Part shown: positions 60,353 through 64,000 of the stretch, in pieces
Numbering within the stretch: the first letter of the stretch is position 1
Layout of the letters: each line of letters starts with the position of its first letter
NCBI GenBank assembly: GCA_965541615.1
Contig: CBEUCJ010000001.1
Coordinates: 67,754 to 131,753 of the forward strand
DNA: 64,000 nt
Direction: 5' to 3'
Source of the DNA: an uncultured bacterium
GTDB taxonomy: Bacteria > Omnitrophota > Gorgyraeia > Duberdicusellales > CBEUCJ01
Translations under genes and position numbers: made by a program
Notes under the pieces: model-generated
What the model was told of the DNA's origin: nothing
Databases searched by the model: none
Seen by the model: the letters and a program-made list of their open reading frames with translations, nothing else

Positions 60353-61482
60353 AAAAAGCTGTTTTGTTACTTGAAGATGGATTCTATTTAGAGGGAAAAT
60401 CTTTTGGTTTTAAATCTGAAGCAATAGGTGAAGTAGTCTTTAATACATCTATGACAGGTTATCAAGAAATCTTAACAGATCCTTCTTACAAAGGTCAGAT
60501 AGTTTGCATGACTTACCCTTTAATTGGAAACTATGGGATAAATTCACAAGATACAGAATCTTATAGAATCTGGGTAGAAGGTTTTATAATCAAAGAGAAA
60601 AGTAGGATATTTTCTAATTGGAGAGCAGAAAAATCTTTAGATGAATATCTAAAAGAGAATAAGATTGTAGGAATAGAAGGAGTCGATACCAGGAGTTTAG
60701 TTAAGCATATTAGAGAGAAAGGCTCAATGAAAGGAATAATTTCAGCTATAGATTTTGATAAGGAAAGTTTAATGAAAAAACTAAAAGAATTCCCTTCCAT
60801 TGTAGGAATAGATTTAGTAAAAGAGGTAACTACTCAGAGTATTTTTGAATGGAACCAAGTCTTAGAAGATAAAGAAGAAATAACTCCTCATAAATTCTGT
60901 GTAGTAGTTATAGATTGCGGAGTAAAGTACAGTATTTTGAGGAATTTAAAAAAATATGTAGAAAAGGTGATAGTAGTTCCAGCTTTTACTCCTTTAAGTG
61001 AGATTTTAAAGCTTTCTCCACAAGGGATTTTATTTAGTAATGGTCCAGGAGATCCTGAGCCTGTTAGGTATGTAATAGAGACTGCAAGAGAATTAATCCA
61101 GAGACTGAGAAAAAAAGATTTGAAAATAGCTGTTATGGGAATTTGTTTAGGACATCAGATTTTGGGTTTAGCTTTTGGAGGTAAGACCAAAAAACTTAAA
61201 TTCGGCCACCACGGAGGAAATCACCCAGTTAAAGACTTGAGAACAGGCAAAATAGATATTACTTGTCAAAATCATAATTTTATAGTAGATCCTGAAAGTA
61301 TACCTGATAAAAATTTAGTTCTTACTCATATTAATCTTTATGACAATACTCCTGAAGGTGCAGTTCATAAAGAGTTACCTTTGTTCAGTGTGCAGTTTCA
61401 TCCAGAAGCAGGACCTGGCCCTTTAGATGCAAAGTATATTTTCAAGAATTTTATAAGACTGATCAAAGATTTACATGCCTAA
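60349..61482 (+). CDS. carA: carbamoyl-phosphate synthase small (glutaminase) subunit
   Basis: 377 aa. CPSase small-chain N-domain, GATase motif GICLGHQIL (Cys nucleophile), HNH... catalytic His. Confidence 0.9.
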   Translation: MKKAVLLLEDGFYLEGKSFGFKSEAIGEVVFNTSMTGYQEILTDPSYKGQIVCMTYPLIGNYGINSQDTESYRIWVEGFIIKEKSRIFSNWRAEKSLDEYLKENKIVGIEGVDTRSLVKHIREKGSMKGIISAIDFDKESLMKKLKEFPSIVGIDLVKEVTTQSIFEWNQVLEDKEEITPHKFCVVVIDCGVKYSILRNLKKYVEKVIVVPAFTPLSEILKLSPQGILFSNGPGDPEPVRYVIETARELIQRLRKKDLKIAVMGICLGHQILGLAFGGKTKKLKFGHHGGNHPVKDLRTGKIDITCQNHNFIVDPESIPDKNLVLTHINLYDNTPEGAVHKELPLFSVQFHPEAGPGPLDAKYIFKNFIRLIKDLHA

Positions 61483-64000
61483 AAGAAAAGATATTGAAAA
61501 GATCTTAATAATAGGTTCTGGTCCTATAGTAATTAGTCAAGCTTGTGAGTTTGATTATTCAGGTACTCAAGCTTGTAAAGCTTTAAAAGAAGAAGGTTAT
61601 AAAGTTATACTTTTGAATTCTAACCCTGCTACCATAATGACTGATCCTGAATTTGCAGATAGTACTTACATAGAGCCTATTACTCCAGAGATTTTAGAAA
61701 AAATTATTCAAAAAGAAAGACCTGATGCACTATTACCTACTTTAGGAGGGCAGACCGCTTTAAATGTTACTTTTGAATGTGCTAAAAGAGGTGTCTTTAA
61801 AAAATATAAAGTAGAGTTAATAGGAGCAAATGAAACTGCTATTGCTCGTGCTGAAGATAGAGAGTTATTTAAAGAAACTATGATAAAAGCAGGGTTAGAA
61901 GTTCCAAAATCTATAACAGTTAATTCTTTGGAATCTGCAAAAAAAGCTTTAGAAGAAATAGGTTTACCTTGTGTGATAAGACCTGCTTTTACTTTAGGAG
62001 GCACAGGAGGAGGGATAGCTTTTAATAAGGAAGAATTTGAAGAAATAGTTTTGAGAGGTTTAGAACAGAGTTTAATTCATCAAGTTTTAATTGAAGAATC
62101 AGTTTTGGGTTGGAAAGAATTCGAGTTAGAAGTTATGCGTGATAAAAAAGATAATGTGGTGATAATCTGCTCTATTGAGAATTTTGATCCTATGGGTGTC
62201 CATACAGGAGATTCTATTACTGTAGCACCTATTCAGACTTTGACAGATAAAGAATATCAGAAAATGAGAATGCAAGCTATAAGAGCTATCAGAGCTATAG
62301 GAGTAGAGACTGGTGGTAGTAACGTTCAATTTGCACTCAATCCTGAAACAGGCAGGATGGTAATAATTGAGATAAACCCAAGAGTATCAAGGTCTTCAGC
62401 TTTAGCTTCAAAAGCTACAGGTTTCCCCATAGCCAAAATTGCAGCCAAATTAGCAGTAGGATTTACTTTAGATGAGATTCCAAATGATATTACAAAAGAA
62501 ACTCCTGCTGCTTTTGAGCCTACAATAGATTATTGTGTGGTAAAGATACCCAGATTTACTTTTGAGAAATTTCCTGGAGCAGATAACACTCTTACTACAT
62601 CTATGAAATCTGTAGGTGAAGTAATGGCTATAGGAAGGAATTTTAAAGAAGCTTTACAAAAAGGAATAAGAGGATTAGAGCTTCAAAAAGCAGGATTAGA
62701 AAGTATTATTTTTAAAGATCTTTCTTGCAAAAAAATATTTGAAGATTTAAAAGAAGAGGTAAGAATAAAATTAACAAAGCCTACTCCTGAAAGGATCTTT
62801 TACATAGGAGATGCTTTTAGATTAGGTTTTACCATAGAAGAGGTTTCTAAATTAACTAAAATAGATAAATGGTTTCTCGAGAATATAAAAGAAATAATCG
62901 AAGTCGAAGCTAAGATTTTAAAAGAGGCAAAGAATTTGACTTATGAGACTTTGAAAAAAGCAAAAGAAATAGGTTTTTCAGATCTTTATATTTCAAAATT
63001 AACAGGTATTGCAGAAAGAGATGTGAGGAGACTTAGAGAAAATAAAGGTATAAAACCTAAATATAAATTAGTAGATACTTGTGCTGCAGAATTTGAAGCT
63101 TACACTCCTTACTTTTATTCTACATATGAAACTGAAGATGAATCCAGAGTATCTGACAAAAAGAAAGTTATGATTTTAGGAGCAGGTCCTAACCGAATAG
63201 GCCAAGGTATAGAATTTGATTATTGTTGTGTACATTGTGTATTTGCTTTAAGAGAAGAAGGTTTTGAGACTATAATGGTAAATTCTAATCCTGAAACAGT
63301 CTCAACTGATTATGATACCTCAGATAAGTTATTTTTTGAACCTATTACTTTAGAAGATGTTTTAAATATTATAAAAATTCAGAAACCCGTAGGAGTGATC
63401 TTGCAATTTGGAGGTCAAACCCCACTTAACTTAGCTTTAGGATTAAAAAAAGAAGGAGTAAGAATTTTGGGGACTTCAGCTGAGAATATAGATAGAGCTG
63501 AAGATAGAGAAAAATTTAGGAGACTTTTGCATAAATTGAAATTGAAACAACCTGATTCTGAGATAGTCTTTTCTTTAGAATCTGCAAAGAAAGTGGCTTC
63601 CAAATTAGGATTTCCAGTTCTGGTAAGACCTTCTTATGTGTTGGGAGGAAGAGCTATGGAGATTGTGTATGATTTTGAGACTTTAGAAAGATTTATAATA
63701 CAAGCTCAAGAAGCCTCCCCCCATCAAGCTATATTAATAGATAAGTTTTTAGAAGATGCTATTGAAGTAGATGTCGATTTAATAGGTGATGGAGAAACTT
63801 TTGTAATAGGTGGTATATTAGAACATATAGAAGAAGCTGGCATCCATTCAGGAGATAGTGCAATGTGTCTACCTCCTTACAGTTTAGGTACAGAGTTAAT
63901 TGAAAAGATTAGAAGAGCTACTTACTCCTTAGCTCAAGAGTTAAATATTATAGGATTGATGAATGTTCAGTATGCAATAAAAGGAGATGAACTTTATGTA
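61475..64000 (+). CDS. carB: carbamoyl-phosphate synthase large subunit (5' part; continues past the window end)
   Basis: [42 protein letters not shown]... is the canonical CarB N-terminus. The frame stays open to the end of the window and a second ATP-grasp repeat is visible ([20 protein letters not shown]). Confidence 0.9.
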   Translation, partial: MPKRKDIEKILIIGSGPIVISQACEFDYSGTQACKALKEEGYKVILLNSNPATIMTDPEFADSTYIEPITPEILEKIIQKERPDALLPTLGGQTALNVTFECAKRGVFKKYKVELIGANETAIARAEDRELFKETMIKAGLEVPKSITVNSLESAKKALEEIGLPCVIRPAFTLGGTGGGIAFNKEEFEEIVLRGLEQSLIHQVLIEESVLGWKEFELEVMRDKKDNVVIICSIENFDPMGVHTGDSITVAPIQTLTDKEYQKMRMQAIRAIRAIGVETGGSNVQFALNPETGRMVIIEINPRVSRSSALASKATGFPIAKIAAKLAVGFTLDEIPNDITKETPAAFEPTIDYCVVKIPRFTFEKFPGADNTLTTSMKSVGEVMAIGRNFKEALQKGIRGLELQKAGLESIIFKDLSCKKIFEDLKEEVRIKLTKPTPERIFYIGDAFRLGFTIEEVSKLTKIDKWFLENIKEIIEVEAKILKEAKNLTYETLKKAKEIGFSDLYISKLTGIAERDVRRLRENKGIKPKYKLVDTCAAEFEAYTPYFYSTYETEDESRVSDKKKVMILGAGPNRIGQGIEFDYCCVHCVFALREEGFETIMVNSNPETVSTDYDTSDKLFFEPITLEDVLNIIKIQKPVGVILQFGGQTPLNLALGLKKEGVRILGTSAENIDRAEDREKFRRLLHKLKLKQPDSEIVFSLESAKKVASKLGFPVLVRPSYVLGGRAMEIVYDFETLERFIIQAQEASPHQAILIDKFLEDAIEVDVDLIGDGETFVIGGILEHIEEAGIHSGDSAMCLPPYSLGTELIEKIRRATYSLAQELNIIGLMNVQYAIKGDELYV

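Overview
The window is a 64 kb chromosomal segment from a very AT-rich bacterium (by eye roughly 28-30% GC; codon usage heavy in Lys, Ile, Glu, Leu). Coding density is high and almost every gene is on the + strand.

The locus contains dnaA-dnaN-(DUF721)-gyrB-gyrA with DnaA-box-like repeats. It also carries translation genes (thrS-infC-rpmI-rplT-pheS-pheT, gltX, era), six tRNA genes (Cys, Leu, Val, Gln, Glu, Arg), and remA(DUF370)-gmk-rpoZ-coaC. Further features are a rarA/5-formyltetrahydrofolate cyclo-ligase pair, rny-ymdB, dxs, a four-subunit 2-oxoacid:ferredoxin oxidoreductase (delta-alpha-beta-gamma), glmS, rsmI, ispH, and pyrR-pyrB-pyrC preceded by a PyrR-binding leader. carA-carB runs off the end.

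Gene order (remA-gmk-rpoZ, rny-ymdB, a yaaA-like gene between dnaN and gyrB) looks Firmicutes-like or deep-branching thermophile-like. Several gene families are of archaeal type: a PAC2-like protein, a THEP1-like NTPase fused to YjeF_N, endonuclease Q, and an Arch_ATPase/DUF234 ATPase.

Accessory content sits mainly at 18.7-31 kb:
- A three-gene uncharacterised cassette directly 3' of tRNA-Gln.
- An AbrB/MazE-type antitoxin plus a PIN toxin.
- A 992-aa predicted outer-membrane protein that fuses a C45 Ntn-hydrolase domain, an alpha/beta-hydrolase (GxSxG) domain and an Omp85/Bac_surface_Ag beta-barrel. This looks like a type Vd-like self-exporting hydrolase with a new passenger and is the most striking candidate for a new system.
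- A DsrE/TusA/MCP segment flanked by 26-bp direct repeats.

Other notable points are a promoter-driven, terminator-ended GC-rich structured RNA (6S-like) upstream of rarA, and a triple palindrome operator over the promoter of the DUF234 ATPase gene.

I saw no rRNA, no CRISPR array, no recognisable transposase/integrase and no reverse transcriptase.
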